Positions 51,857-64,000 of a stretch of DNA of 64,000 nucleotides are shown one piece after another. The position numbers and the translations under genes are program-made. Each line of letters starts with the position of its first letter. Position 1 is the first letter of the stretch. A model generated the notes under the pieces. That model did no database searches and had not been told where the DNA came from. It was given only the letters and a program-made list of their open reading frames with translations. Source of the DNA: Octopus sinensis (Eukaryota); NCBI RefSeq assembly GCF_006345805.1, contig NC_043006.1, positions 88,040,001 through 88,104,000 of the forward strand. The letters are read 5' to 3'.

Positions 51857-53123
51857 TATGAGGGTTGGCTGAAAAATTCATTGGTTGACCAAGACGCTCT
51901 CATTGAATGTGACCAAATGAGGTTTATTTTTCAACATAGTCACCCTTGCAATTTACACACTACTTCCATTGGTGTTGCCATGCTAGGATCTCATTGGTGA
52001 TGAAGCTTTTATCCTGTTGATAAAAAAAGTCAGCAACAGCAGATATGACTTATCCATCACTGTGATACTGGTCCCCAGCCAAGTATTTTTTTCCATAGTG
52101 GAGAATGGATGATAGTCAGATAGAATGGATGATCAGGTAAACAGGGAGTGTGATCAACCAGTTCAAAGCCACAGTAATGCACAGCAGCTATTGAAGCCGA
52201 GGTCTATGTGCTGGAGCATTGTTTTGATGAAACCTTTCAACAGTTTTCCTGAGTATTTGATCGTCATAGACTTTTATAACCGCTTAAGTAAACTGGCATA
52301 GTAATCTCCATTGATGGTATGGCCCTTTTGAAGATAGCCAATAAACACAATGCCTTTACATTTCAAAAGGCCAAAGTCATTACCTTCCCTGCATGTGAAA
52401 TGGCCTTAACCTTCTTTGGAGCAAGTGGGGAGGGATATTTCCACGGCATGGATTATCTCGTTGTCTCTGGCTCAAACTGATGAAGCCAACACTCATCCTG
52501 GGTTAAGAGACATTCAAGGAAACCAGCTGAATCTGCCCCAAACAATATTAAATTTTCCTATGATGTTATCAGTTTGGTACTCTTTTCATCAGAGGTCAGA
52601 AGATGTGACACCCATTGAGCAGAAACCTTCATCATACTAAGTTCATTGTGCAGAATATTCTCAACTCTCTCATAGAATCTGCTTATAGCATTGACTATTC
52701 GATTTATAGTCAATTGCTTGTTATCCATCAACTTGTGGTGAACACAATCAATGTTTTCTTCGGTGATGACCTTGGTCATCTTCAAGATTCTCCCTTCCCT
52801 TCCTAAATTCAGCTGCCCACTTTTGCACTGTTGACAAAGCTGGAGCATCATCTCCTAATGTTGCAACCATGTCAACATGAATGTCCTTGGGGGCTAAAGC
52901 CTTTTTCTGCAGGTACTTGATAACACCACAGTGTCATATTTTGCTTATTTCCAAAAGAAGTCACTACTAGTTACTTTTGAAGTTTTCTTTGAACAGTCAG
53001 ATGTCAGTTTACCCAGAAAGAAAGTTATTAATAAGAAGAGATGAAATTAATGCACACAAGATTTCATAGCTCTATCATCACTCCTTTATAGTCAGCCTAT
53101 GAACTTTTCAGTCCACCCTTGTA
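51857..53123 (-). mobile_element. Mariner transposon, full length, degenerate; different subfamily from the other two
   Basis: 33-bp TIRs including TA, 26/33 match (51857-51889 and 53091-53123). LGDDAPALSTVQKWAAEF, KVSAQWVSHLLT, TQDECWLH; frameshifts and stops. Confidence 0.9.
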
Positions 53124-53175
53124 AAAGTTAGAACTGAAGCTCTTTCTCGAATATATCGAAGTGTAATAATCTTAG

Positions 53176-53430
53176 GGAGAGTTTACGAAAAGAACAAAAG
53201 ACGAAGACAGGTGGTGTACAAAACAAACAGATGTATTAGTATAACGCTCAGGAATAGAAAAAGTCTTTTACATTTCGAGCCTATGCTCTTCTACAGAAAG
53301 GGACACAGAAAAAAAACAAGGAGTGAAACAAGGAGAGAAAAAAAAGGTGAGAAAAAAGGAGAGAAAAAAGGAGAGATAAAAAACAAGGAGAGAAAAAAAT
53401 GTGTGTAATGGCTAACGATCTATCATGGCG
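53176..53430 (-). mobile_element. Solo PLE 3' terminus (tail family 2), diverged, with hammerhead-like motif at 53264-53300
   Basis: Similar to 14934-15146; minus strand CUUU-CUGUAGA-A-GAGC(AUAG)GCUC-GAAAU-GUA-AAAG. Confidence 0.65.
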
Positions 53431-53444
53431 ATATATGTATATAG

Positions 53445-53740
53445 ATGGTGGGGGCACATGGCCTAGTGATTAGAGCAGTGGGCTTGTGGTCGAGGGATTG
53501 CAGGTTTAAATCTCAGACTAGGTGATGTGTGTGTCTATGAGCGAAACACCTAAGCTTCACGTTGCTCTGGCAGAAGGTAATGGTGAACTTCTACTGATTC
53601 TTTCACCACAACTTTCTCCCACTCTTTTCTCCTGCATCTAGCAGCTCACCTGTGACAGACTGGCATCCTGTCCAGGTGGGGAAACTGGGAAACCGGCCCT
53701 TATGAGCCAGGTATGACTCAAGAAGGAACAAACAACATGT
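53445..53740 (+). mobile_element. tRNA-derived SINE with V-SINE-like central domain
   Basis: Head GGGGCACATGGCCTAGTGATTAGAGC; CTGTGACAGACTGGCATCCTGTCCAGG resembles, from memory, the V-domain. Confidence 0.6.
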
Positions 53741-55199
53741 ATATACATAACTAAGAAGTAACTTTCATAACAATAACTGTACATGACAATAGGTAAGTTT
53801 CAGGGTTTGCATCTGATAGGGAGTAATGATCTGTCATAGGCAGGGTTTGTAACATGGCAAGTTGCTACATGTAAAAGAGCAGGAGTATGAGAAACAAAAA
53901 ACTAATATGAGTGATAAATGAAAAGGATAGAGTGAATCATGGCTTAGAACAGAGAAAGAGGAGAGAACTGATTTGTGGTAGATAGATAGAATAACCTGAT
54001 TATATGGAAAAAATAGAAATTCATAACATCATAAATAAAGAATTTTAATCAGAGCTTTAAAATTTTGGAGTGAATAGATAAGATTTTTAAAATTTTTATG
54101 CATAAATGAATAATTAAATAAATAAAAGATATTTTAAGTTAATAATTATTGAAACAAATGTGGAAGTATTCTTTAAATACTGTAGTTAATGAATAAATAA
54201 TAATGTTTTTAAATTAACTGTTAACAATCTCTTGAGTTAATGATTATTAAACAATTAAACAATTGTGACAGGAATAATATTCTTGATTCGTTGGGAAAAT
54301 ACAGAATGAAATAAATTAAAATAATTCTTTTAAGTTTAGCAGAAAATGGAAAAAGTAAATGAAAAAGGTATGGATACAAGAAGATACAAGGATAAAAAGA
54401 TATGTCTAAGCAGGATAGGATAGTAGATCAAATGGAGACATAACGTTGTCAGCACCAATACCTGTAGTTAGAAGAGGGATAAGTCTGTGACAATTAGATA
54501 TAATGATTCATTAAGATGAATTGTGAAATACAGAAGTGAAATTGTGTACTGTTACTCTTATTGAATCAAGAGTGAGTGTGATTGAGTGGGTAGAGGAATT
54601 GGACAGAGAAGCAGGAAGGTAGCTGTAGAGAAATAGATATAATAGCTTGTTTAGAGACAATAAGGGAAAGAAACAGAAAAATAGGGAAATGTGAAAATAT
54701 AGATAGGAAAGTACATTTATGAAAGACATGTTGGATAATGTACCAAGGGATTTAAAACTTAGGTTGAGTCAATAGCTATATCATTAATATTAATAAGAAA
54801 ATATGCATCAGAAAAATATTCTGAATATGCGAGTGTCTTTAAGTTAATTAGCATTAAGCAAATAATTGAGGGGAAAAACATAAGTTTACACATGATAAAT
54901 AAGGAATTTATCTTCCCCTACTCAACATTTTCCACTGTTTTATCCAACTCTTACTTATTAATCTCCTGATACTGCTTTCCCTTTTCCTCCAGTTACCCAT
55001 TTCCCTAACACTGTCTTTACTCTTCTCAACAATAAACCTGTATAACTCCACTAAGAACTGTCTTGTATCCAAACAAATTGTCCAACTCATGCTGGCATAG
55101 GAGATGGACTGATCCATCCCATCAAAGGGTCCATCTCCTCAACCAACACCATTGTCATTACCACCTTCGTCTTATCCTTAACACTAACACCTATGGTAA

Positions 55200-55830
55200 T
55201 ATCAAGAAACTTAATGCAAGTGAGGTTGGTTCCTAAAGAGATTATAATCAAAGACTCTTGAAGAATAAATGCAATTTTTTTCATTGGTCTGTGGGTTACA
55301 ATTATATTGTAATTGTCTGTCATTTCAGTATAATTTACCATCGATACCTGTGAAGTATAGCTTAAATTGAGCAATAGGTACAAGCCAGTGAGTTCACTGA
55401 CCTCTGCAGAATTGTTAACCCTTATGCCCACATGAAGGCATCATTTGAAAGTCTATTCATTCAGGCGTAGTCATTATAGCAAACAAGTGTTTCCTATTCA
55501 TGTAAAATTATATTGATGTATGCATCAGAAATAATGATGGCCATTTGTACAAAGTTGAGAGCTTTGATAATTACAGGAACTGTGAGTGAATCATAGTGAT
55601 TCGCAATATCAAACTGCTGAAGAATTTAATGCCATTCTTGTGAGGATAAAGACTTATACCATTCTATAAGTACAAGAATGTTTCTCGATTGGAACAGAGG
55701 TGATATCACTCTGAACTTTTGCATAACTCTACCTAGAACTTTCTTACTTATAGTACCAACATTCATTATCAAGAAGTTATCAGCTTAATAAATGGTTTGA
55801 CTACAAGATTTGGCTATGTCCACCTGTTAT
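55200..55830 (-). mobile_element. Old degraded Penelope-like RT of a second clade
   Basis: GTISKKVLGRV...IEWYKS....QQFDI....IIKALNF...ISD..INIILH...SAEVSELTGLYLL resembles the I.WF..FDI..KAL.F..GAEVCELVGL.LL pattern; many stops. Confidence 0.6.
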
Positions 55831-56404
55831 TGACAATCATTCGGCTCACCTTGCATCTTTACCCCAATAATTCTGTCTTACATCATACTCATTTCGCCTA
55901 CCCATTCTACCAATTCTTCCGTTACCATACTGTCTCTCCTACTCCATTCCTGAGTCACATTAATTTGTGTGAACGTACACACTTTAAGGGAATAAGTACT
56001 CTTTACATTTATAGTGGGCAAAGTAATCCCTCCTGTATTGATACATCCTCTAAAGGGATTGCTAAATGAAAGGAAAAGTAGGCTTGAAAGCTTCTTTTAG
56101 TCTTGGCTTGCTGATGCCATGAAAAAATTGCACCTAGTACACATTGTAAAGTGGTTGGCAAACATGCAAGAAAGACACAAAGATCTTTTACTCTTGTCTA
56201 GCCAGGGACACAACAATCCCTTTAATGTTGGTACCATAAAAGAATACAGTTAATACATGCTGTAAAGTGGTTGGTGATAGGGAGGGTACCTAGACATAGA
56301 AACCAAGTCAAACTGAAATGTATGAGTACCAATCTATGAAATCTATAGTTCAAAGTAAGAAAGAACACAGACTGTGACTATCCATCCAGCCTATACCAGT
56401 ATGG

Positions 56405-56577
56405 AAAGCACCCACTACACTCTTAGAGTGGTTGGCATTAGGAAAGGGATTCAGCTGTAGAAACTCTGCCAGATCAGATTGGAGCCTGGTGCAGCCATCT
56501 GGTTTGCCTGTCGTCAGTCAAATCGTCCAACCCATGCTAGGATGGAAAGCGGATGTTAAATGATGATGATGATGATG
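56405..56577 (+). mobile_element. RTE-type 3' tail with (GAT)n; two shorter partial copies upstream (~56120-56400)
   Basis: AAAGCACCCACTACACTCTTAGAGTGGTTGGCATTAGG..CCAACCCATGCTAGGATGGAAAGCGGATGTTAAATGATG. Confidence 0.75.
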
Positions 56578-56583
56578 GTAGGT

Positions 56584-56958
56584 ATAGGAGTGGCTGTGTA
56601 GTAAGTAGCTTCAGTCTCACTGTGTGGCACCTTGACCAAGTGTCTTCTACTATAGCTGACCAAAGCCTTGTGAGTGGATTTGGTAGATGGAAACTGAAAG
56701 AAGCCTGTCGTATATATGTATATATATATGTGTGTGTGTGTGTATGTTTGTGTGTCTGTGTTTGTCCCCCCCCCAGCATCGCTTGACAACCAATGCTGGT
56801 GTGTTTATGTCCCTGTAACTTAGTAGTTTGGCAAAAGAGACCGATAGAATAAGTACTAGGCTTACAAAGAATAAGTCCCGGGGTCGAATTGCTCAACTAA
56901 AGGCGGTGCTTCAGCATGGCCACAGTCAAATGACCGAAACAAGTAAAAGTGTAAAAGA

Positions 56959-56962
<4 letters not shown>
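56584..56962 (+). mobile_element. tRNA-derived SINE, family B (CORE-like GTGGCACCTTG..CAAGTGTCTT)
   Basis: Homologous to 24268-24592; internal (TA)/(TG) run; followed by (TA)n. Confidence 0.8.
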
Positions 56963-57008
<46 letters not shown>

Positions 57009-59189
57009 TAGAAAAAGGTTGACAATAACTTAGGAAGAAAGAAAGAAAATGTAGTTTAGGTGTGTATGTTGAGAGTTTGGGTATATGAACGTCTCAAAGA
57101 TCATAATCATTAGAATAGTTGCTTAATGGGAATTAATTTGTCATTACTATTTAAATCACAAGCACAGATACATATACACATGCATACAGACACATACACA
57201 CACAAAGTCACACACACACACACACACATACAAATAGAAAGATAGCCAGTCAAAGAATTAGAAGGAGAGTGAATTATTTCCTCCATAGATTTCAGGAGTA
57301 TATCTTTCTATGTAGCTAAATATGAAAAGGAATTTAAACCAATTGTCTGTTTGAAAATTTTCTGTTCCAGCTGGAATAAGAGGATTATTTGACATTAGGT
57401 CTACTTTTATTTTGAAAGTACTGTGAATAGAATATATTTGTAACTATAGCATAATTTTCTAGCTTAACATTATTTCTTAGCCTAACATGGTACTTCAAAG
57501 TTCCAGTAAAATATCAGGCATGCAAAAATAGAAAAAATATGAAAGAAAGAGTGAGAGAGAGAGGGAAAGAGTTCCAAAGCAAGCTATAATGTTACCCACC
57601 CACTGATGGATAGTGTTGATTAAAATAATCGAAATGAATCTATGAACAATTGATGCTTGGCTCTATTTAATTGAACTGCATGCACTAAATATGTCAGTGA
57701 AGCATACACATACACTTGCACATCTGCATGTCCACATATTCAGACACATTTCTTTGTGTTTGTGTGATTATGTATTCTCTATGTGTACACACAGACACAA
57801 TCTAACATCTTTATCACTAATGACAATTTATTTTTGATTTAAAATGCTACATCTAAAAAAGCATCCTCTCTACAATTTATTGATTAAATTCTATTAGTTT
57901 TATTCCCTGTATACTTCGTTATTTTCATCATTATTTGCAACATATGATAAATTGAAAATATTAACAATGTTTCGGATGGCTTTATATTTTTTATTCAATA
58001 AAATAGATTTAATTTTTTTTAAATAAAAATCATATTGTTCTTATCTTGAATACTATGCATTATGTTTGGTTGTTAAGGATTATAAAAACATTGTGCTGGT
58101 TTTATATCCTTAAGCATTTCTCTCTGAAAATGTCAGCAATCTATAAATGCACATGATGTTCATTGCCTGTTAATTATCAACTGAAATTTATGAGAAAAAT
58201 GTTTAAATTTTTAATAACAGTTTCTGCTACATTTCCTTTATTTTTTATAAGTTGTTTGTTTTTAATGCTAACATTTTTCATCCTTAATTCCATTTCATTT
58301 ATATATTATAACAAGTGAAATGATGACACATGATTAACATTCTGTATTCTAGGAAATGCACAGCACAGTGATATAAAAACCAAACTGGTGAATATTTCAC
58401 CAATTCACAAGAGATGCATCCTGTTATCAAATACAATGGTTGTAAACTTAAAATGCTGGATTACTGACCACACAAGTTGTCAATAAAAGTTTTACAACAA
58501 CCCCCACTGTATTGAGCGTTTGACCAAACACATAACTCTGCTTGTTATAATTTGATTGCCGTAAAACAGGTTTTACTCAACTGTTTCATTGTGAGAGTAT
58601 TTCTAGCTTGGAGATCATAGGTGTGCTTCATTGTTGTTAGTCCTGGGATTAAACAACAACAACAATCTCACCTAATTACGTATGGAAAAGATGGATTTAA
58701 AATCAAAAGCAAAAAATTGTCATCGTCACAAAAATCTGAATATTACATTAAAATCCATTATTTTTTTCCGAATCTTTGATGTAACACAGTAGAAAAATAT
58801 TCAGATATTGTTGCTGCTTATTTCTACTTTTATGAAAATGAAAAGAATTTTGACAGAGATTGGTCTACCACAGTGATTATTTCATGAGCATATTTCTAAT
58901 GAAGCACAATATAGATTAACTATGAAACTAGTCAAGAATTTAGAAGGAATTAGTAAAACAGCTTTAAGATTATTATAATGGTATCTGTATCATAGTAGAA
59001 AAATTATAATATTGAAAAGTTTTCATTTTAATACAAACACTTGAAATTGAGAAGTTTTCTATTCTAAAACCAGAAACAGTTTCAAGTAGATTGGTATGAA
59101 AAGGTTTAAGCAGGTCAACTAATATAGTTCTTTTGAATATTCTGATACTGATTCCTAGCATTAGTTGAGGAGTATGAATTTAAAGAGTA

Positions 59190-59770
59190 TCCTCCTCCTC
59201 ATCATCATCATTTAATGTTCATTGTCCATGCTGGCATGAGTTGGACGGTTTGACTAGGCTGGCATGCTGGAAAACTGCACCAGATTCCAGTCTCACTTGA
59301 CATGGCTTTCTACAGCTGGGTGCCCTTCCTAATGCCAACCACTCCGAGAGTGTATAGGTGCTTTTACATCCCACCAGCATGGTTGCCAATTTTTGTGATT
59401 TTGCTCAGCTTGATGGGTCTTCTTCTCAAGCACAACATAATGCCAAAGGTCTTGGTTATTACTTCTGTGAGGCCCAACGCTTGGAAGGAACTCAGCCACT
59501 TTGTGGCCATGAAGCCCAATGCTTGAAAGGAACTCAGCCACCTTGCCCCTGTGAGGCTCAACATTCAAAAGATGTTCTTTACGTGCCACTAGTATGGGAC
59601 CACTTGGCTTCATGGGTCCTCTCAAGCACAGCACATTGCCAAAGGTCTTGGTCACTAGTCATTGCCTCTGTGAGGTGCAAAGTTCGAAGATCATGCTTCA
59701 CCACCTCGTCCCATATCTTCCTGGGTCTACCTCTACCACAGGTTCCCTCCACAGAGATTGACACTATTTT
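59190..59770 (-). mobile_element. RTE LINE 3' end with duplicated ORF2 terminus and a 42-bp tandem repeat
   Basis: VEGTCGRGRPRKIWDEVVKHDLRTLHLTEAMTSDQDLWQCAVLERT; GCCCAA/GCTCAA recurring at 59472, 59514 and 59556; (GAT)n tail. Confidence 0.8.
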
Positions 59771-60444
59771 ATACAGCTGTCCTCATCAATATTCAATAAT
59801 AGCAGCTCTAATAAAACAGCAAGTACATACTTTGATAATCTCACAAAGATAAAAAACAAAGTTACCTAAATATTGTGAGAGTTCTAATTTGGCACTCTGC
59901 TCTTTCTGTTACTCCACTATATTCCTTGATTATAATGTGACAGTATAGTAAGAAAGGAATAAATAGATGGGTGTGGGATAGAGGGTACATTTTAAACATG
60001 ACAGAGACAACCTCTCTGTTGCAAGGGACTTGATGAAATACATCTAGTTCATACTGTGGATTGGATGGTTTGTTATGGGAAGGGTATCCAATAGCAAAAA
60101 GAAAAAAAAACTATCAAAAAGGAGAAGGAATGAAAAGAAACAATGTCAAATAGACAATATTTGAAGTGCAACAAAGATGTTCAGTTTTCTCTGTCATTCA
60201 CCGTTATAGTTTTTCACTCACATATAAACACATCCAATCAGATTTCTAAGCTGTCTTGACATAAAAAAATGAAACAAAGTTTTAAAAAATTGGATGGTAT
60301 AACTATGTCTCAGCAGTCTAAATAGTCATAGACTGAAATATCTACAGAAGTAAGAAATTCAGAAATGAATACAAATATCCATAATCTCTAATTCCATAGC
60401 TTTAGGTATAGCTTATTAACACTTATGAGACCAAATAACAATCC

Positions 60445-60673
60445 TTTCTACAGTAGGCACAAGATTTGAAATTTATGGGGAAGTTAGTTGATTACATGAA
60501 TCTTGTACTCAACAGATACTTATTTTATAAACTCCAAAAGGATGAAAGGCAAATTCAACCTTGGTGGAATTCGAACTCAGAACATAATAATGGACAAAAT
60601 GATTAGAAGCATTTTGTCCAGTGTGCAAACATTCTGCCAGTTTGCTGCCTTATATGACAAAATAATAATGATG

Positions 60674-60724
<51 letters not shown>

Positions 60725-60935
60725 TATAATAATAATTCTTTCTAATTTTGGCTGAAGGCCAACAATTTTAAGAGGAGGGGAAGTCAAATACATTGCCCCC
60801 AGTACTTGACTGGTACTTTATTTTATCTGCAATTAAAGAATGACAGCCAATATTTGTACTCAGAATATGAAAAGCTGGAAAAAATACCATTATGCATTTA
60901 GTCTAGCATGCAAGTTCTACCAGCTTGCCATCTTA

Positions 60936-60969
<34 letters not shown>

Positions 60970-61217
60970 TAATAATAATAATAATAATGATAATAATAAT
61001 AATAATCCTTTCTGCTGGAAGCACAAGGCCTCACATTTGGGGGAAGGGAGTAAGTCAATTACATTGACCCCAGCACATAACTGGTACTTATTTAATTGAC
61101 CCCGAAAGGATGAACGGCAAAATCAACCTTTGCAGAATTTGAACTCAGAACATAGTGGCAGACAAAATACCACTAAGTATTTTACCCAGCATGCTAAAAA
61201 TCCTGCCAGCTCACTGC

Positions 61218-61260
<43 letters not shown>

Positions 61261-61509
61261 TAATAATAATAATAATAATAATAAATAATAATAATAATAT
61301 ATAATAATAATTCTTTCTAATTTTGGCTGAAGGCCAACATTTTAAGAGGAGGGGAAGTCAAATACATTGCCCCCAGTACTTGACTGGTACTTTATTTTAT
61401 CTGCAATTAAAGAATGACAGCCAATATTTGTACTCAGAATATGAAAAGCTGGAAAAAATACCATTATGCATTTAGTCTAGCATGCAAGTTCTACCAGCTT
61501 GCCATCTTA

Positions 61510-61565
<56 letters not shown>

Positions 61566-61792
61566 TAATAATAATAATAATCCTTTCTGCTGGAAGCACA
61601 AGGCCTCACATTTGGGGGAAGGGAGTAAGTCAATTACATTGACCCCAGCACATAACTGGTACTTATTTAATTGACCCCGAAAGGATGAACGGCAAAATCA
61701 ACCTTTGCAGAATTTGAACTCAGAACATAGTGGCAGACAAAATACCACTAAGTATTTTACCCAGCATGCTAAAAATCCTGCCAGCTCACTGC

Positions 61793-61830
<38 letters not shown>
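60445..61830 (-). repeat. Array of five family A SINEs separated by (AAT)n; the last four form a 575-bp tandem duplication
   Basis: 60736-61220 = 61311-61795 apart from a 1-bp indel and AAT tract differences. Confidence 0.9.
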
Positions 61831-61834
<4 letters not shown>

Positions 61835-62629
61835 GAAAGAACAAAAAGTACAAACTGATAAACTGATCCAGCAAAATAGGCACAATGCCTTGGTAGAGAA
61901 AAAAAATGTCCTGTTTTGTCAATATGCCTTGTCAATTCTATTATTGTTATCATTATCATCATCAATGATGATAGTATCATGGGATTGGTTTTGTGCCCAG
62001 TTTAATTATGCTTCCTATCAAATTCATGGTCTAGGATGAGGGACATTTTGTATCTACTGTATAAAAGTTTTTTTGCACTTCATATCTGTTCTTACTTTAT
62101 TATTGTTATAATTGTTTTTTGGGTTTTCTTTTTTATTTTTCAACCAGATGCAAGCAAATAGCAAGATCTCTGCAATGCTCCAGCAACAGAAATAGCAAGT
62201 GAATTTAACTTCTTTTTATAGAACTGTAAAATATAATGATGATAAAACAGTGAAGAAGTGGAAAATAAAATAGGAAAATGGACAAAAAGAAGTCAAAATG
62301 ATGGAAATGATGCTGAATTTAGACCAATATAGATCATTGATTGGTAATAGAATCATGTTTGGTATTCGGTCAAATATATTAAGTGCCATGGGCTGTAGAC
62401 ATTAAAATATAACTAAATCAATAAGAGAAGAAATAAATAAATGAAAAAAACAAAACATGAATGAATAAATGAATGAAAGCAAATGGTAATCATAAATGAT
62501 GCAGAAGCCTCTGGAAGACAGCTAAATATCAATTAGATGGATGGAGAGTGGAGTGACAATAACAATATATGTATCAATTTAGGTGGTGGCTTGCTGGTTG
62601 GACCATGTGTGTTTATTTATGTGTTTGTA

Positions 62630-62637
62630 CGTATATG

Positions 62638-62696
<59 letters not shown>

Positions 62697-62735
62697 AATG
62701 TATATATATGTATATATATATATATATACATATAT

Positions 62736-62782
<47 letters not shown>

Positions 62783-62917
62783 CATGTATATATATGTATA
62801 TATATATATATATACATATATATACATACATACATATATATATATATATATGTATGCATGTATATATATGTATATATATATATATATATATACATATATA
62901 TGCATACATACATATAT

Positions 62918-62973
<56 letters not shown>

Positions 62974-63004
62974 GTATATATATATTATATATACATATAC
63001 ATAC

Positions 63005-63039
<35 letters not shown>

Positions 63040-63050
63040 TGTATATTTAG
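62630..63050. repeat. (TA)n compound microsatellite
   Basis: Direct reading. Confidence 0.95.
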
Positions 63051-64000
63051 GTGTGTGTGTGTGTGCACAAACACACACACATGTGTATAAATATATAGAG
63101 AGAGAGAAAGAGAGAGGGAAGGAGAGACTTATATGTGTATGTATATGCAAGTATATGTGTGTGTGTAAGTATAAGTGGAGGTAAAATGGCTGACAACATA
63201 AATTATTGCACTGTCCTCTCAGGATTTATATTATGATTCATATCCTCTGCAAGATTTTTCATTATGCCCCTAAGTGGAACACTATTCCATATTCCCTGCT
63301 TCGTTTTGCTGTAGAGAATAGGCTCCTATTAGATATAAGAATGTTACATGTGAAAGACTAGCATCCTATCCAAATAGTAATTTATCTCCCATCCTTTTAG
63401 CAGTATTGAAGTCATAGCTTAGCTCTAGCTTTATGAGAATATACAACATGTGAAAATATTCATCATTATTATATGCATGTGTGTGTGTGTATGTGTGTGT
63501 GTGCACATGTGTGTGTTTCTATAAGTAATAAAAGAAAAAATATCTAAAACGGCAATACATGAACAATAAAATAGTAATAACTAGATAGATAAAAATATAT
63601 AAAATAATCTGAAAGTACAAGCCAAAAAAACTTAAAAGTTCTTTACATCAATTCAGTATGTGGTATTCACATAAGGCGTTGGCTGCCATTCACTTTTCTC
63701 AATTTGAATTATGAGAAAATAGAATGTAAATGGAAGGGATTTGAAGAGAATCCCAAAACTGAATCCAATTGCCAAAGCCAAGTCTCTTTTAGATTACCAA
63801 TCAATATAGTTGCATCACATGTCTACTGGTTAACAATTGAAACCAACATGCTATATCAAGATTTCTTAACAATGTATCGCAGCAATATTCTCATTAACTT
63901 TATCATAATTCTTAGGAGCTGAATATTGCAATTCATGACCATCATCATCATTATTTTCATCATCATCATTGTCATTGTCAACATCATCATAAAAACATCT

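Overview
AT-rich, microsatellite-dense metazoan DNA. The SINE, RTE and mariner content suggests a coleoid cephalopod, probably Octopus (inference, no database check). I found no host protein-coding gene, rRNA, true tRNA or CRISPR array that I can support; most ORFs in the track are translations of simple repeats or transposon debris. Supported features: three mariner (Tc1/mariner) relics, two with both TIRs; a TA-flanked MITE; a ~1.06 kb foldback element; many tRNA-derived SINEs; RTE and CR1 3' ends; and several Penelope-like element (PLE) remnants. The most interesting locus is 14.9-17.7 kb. A 5'-truncated PLE (RT C-terminus plus GIY-YIG endonuclease, minus strand) is joined through a 167-bp near-perfect fold-back to a 360-nt tandem repeat. 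Each repeat unit carries a type I hammerhead ribozyme fold with a U3-A8 core variant, which is a retrozyme/pseudo-LTR-like arrangement. The PLE's 3' end carries a second, unrelated minimal hammerhead-like motif that also occurs in two solo copies elsewhere in the window. Coordinates of degenerate repeats are approximate (about 10-30 bp).
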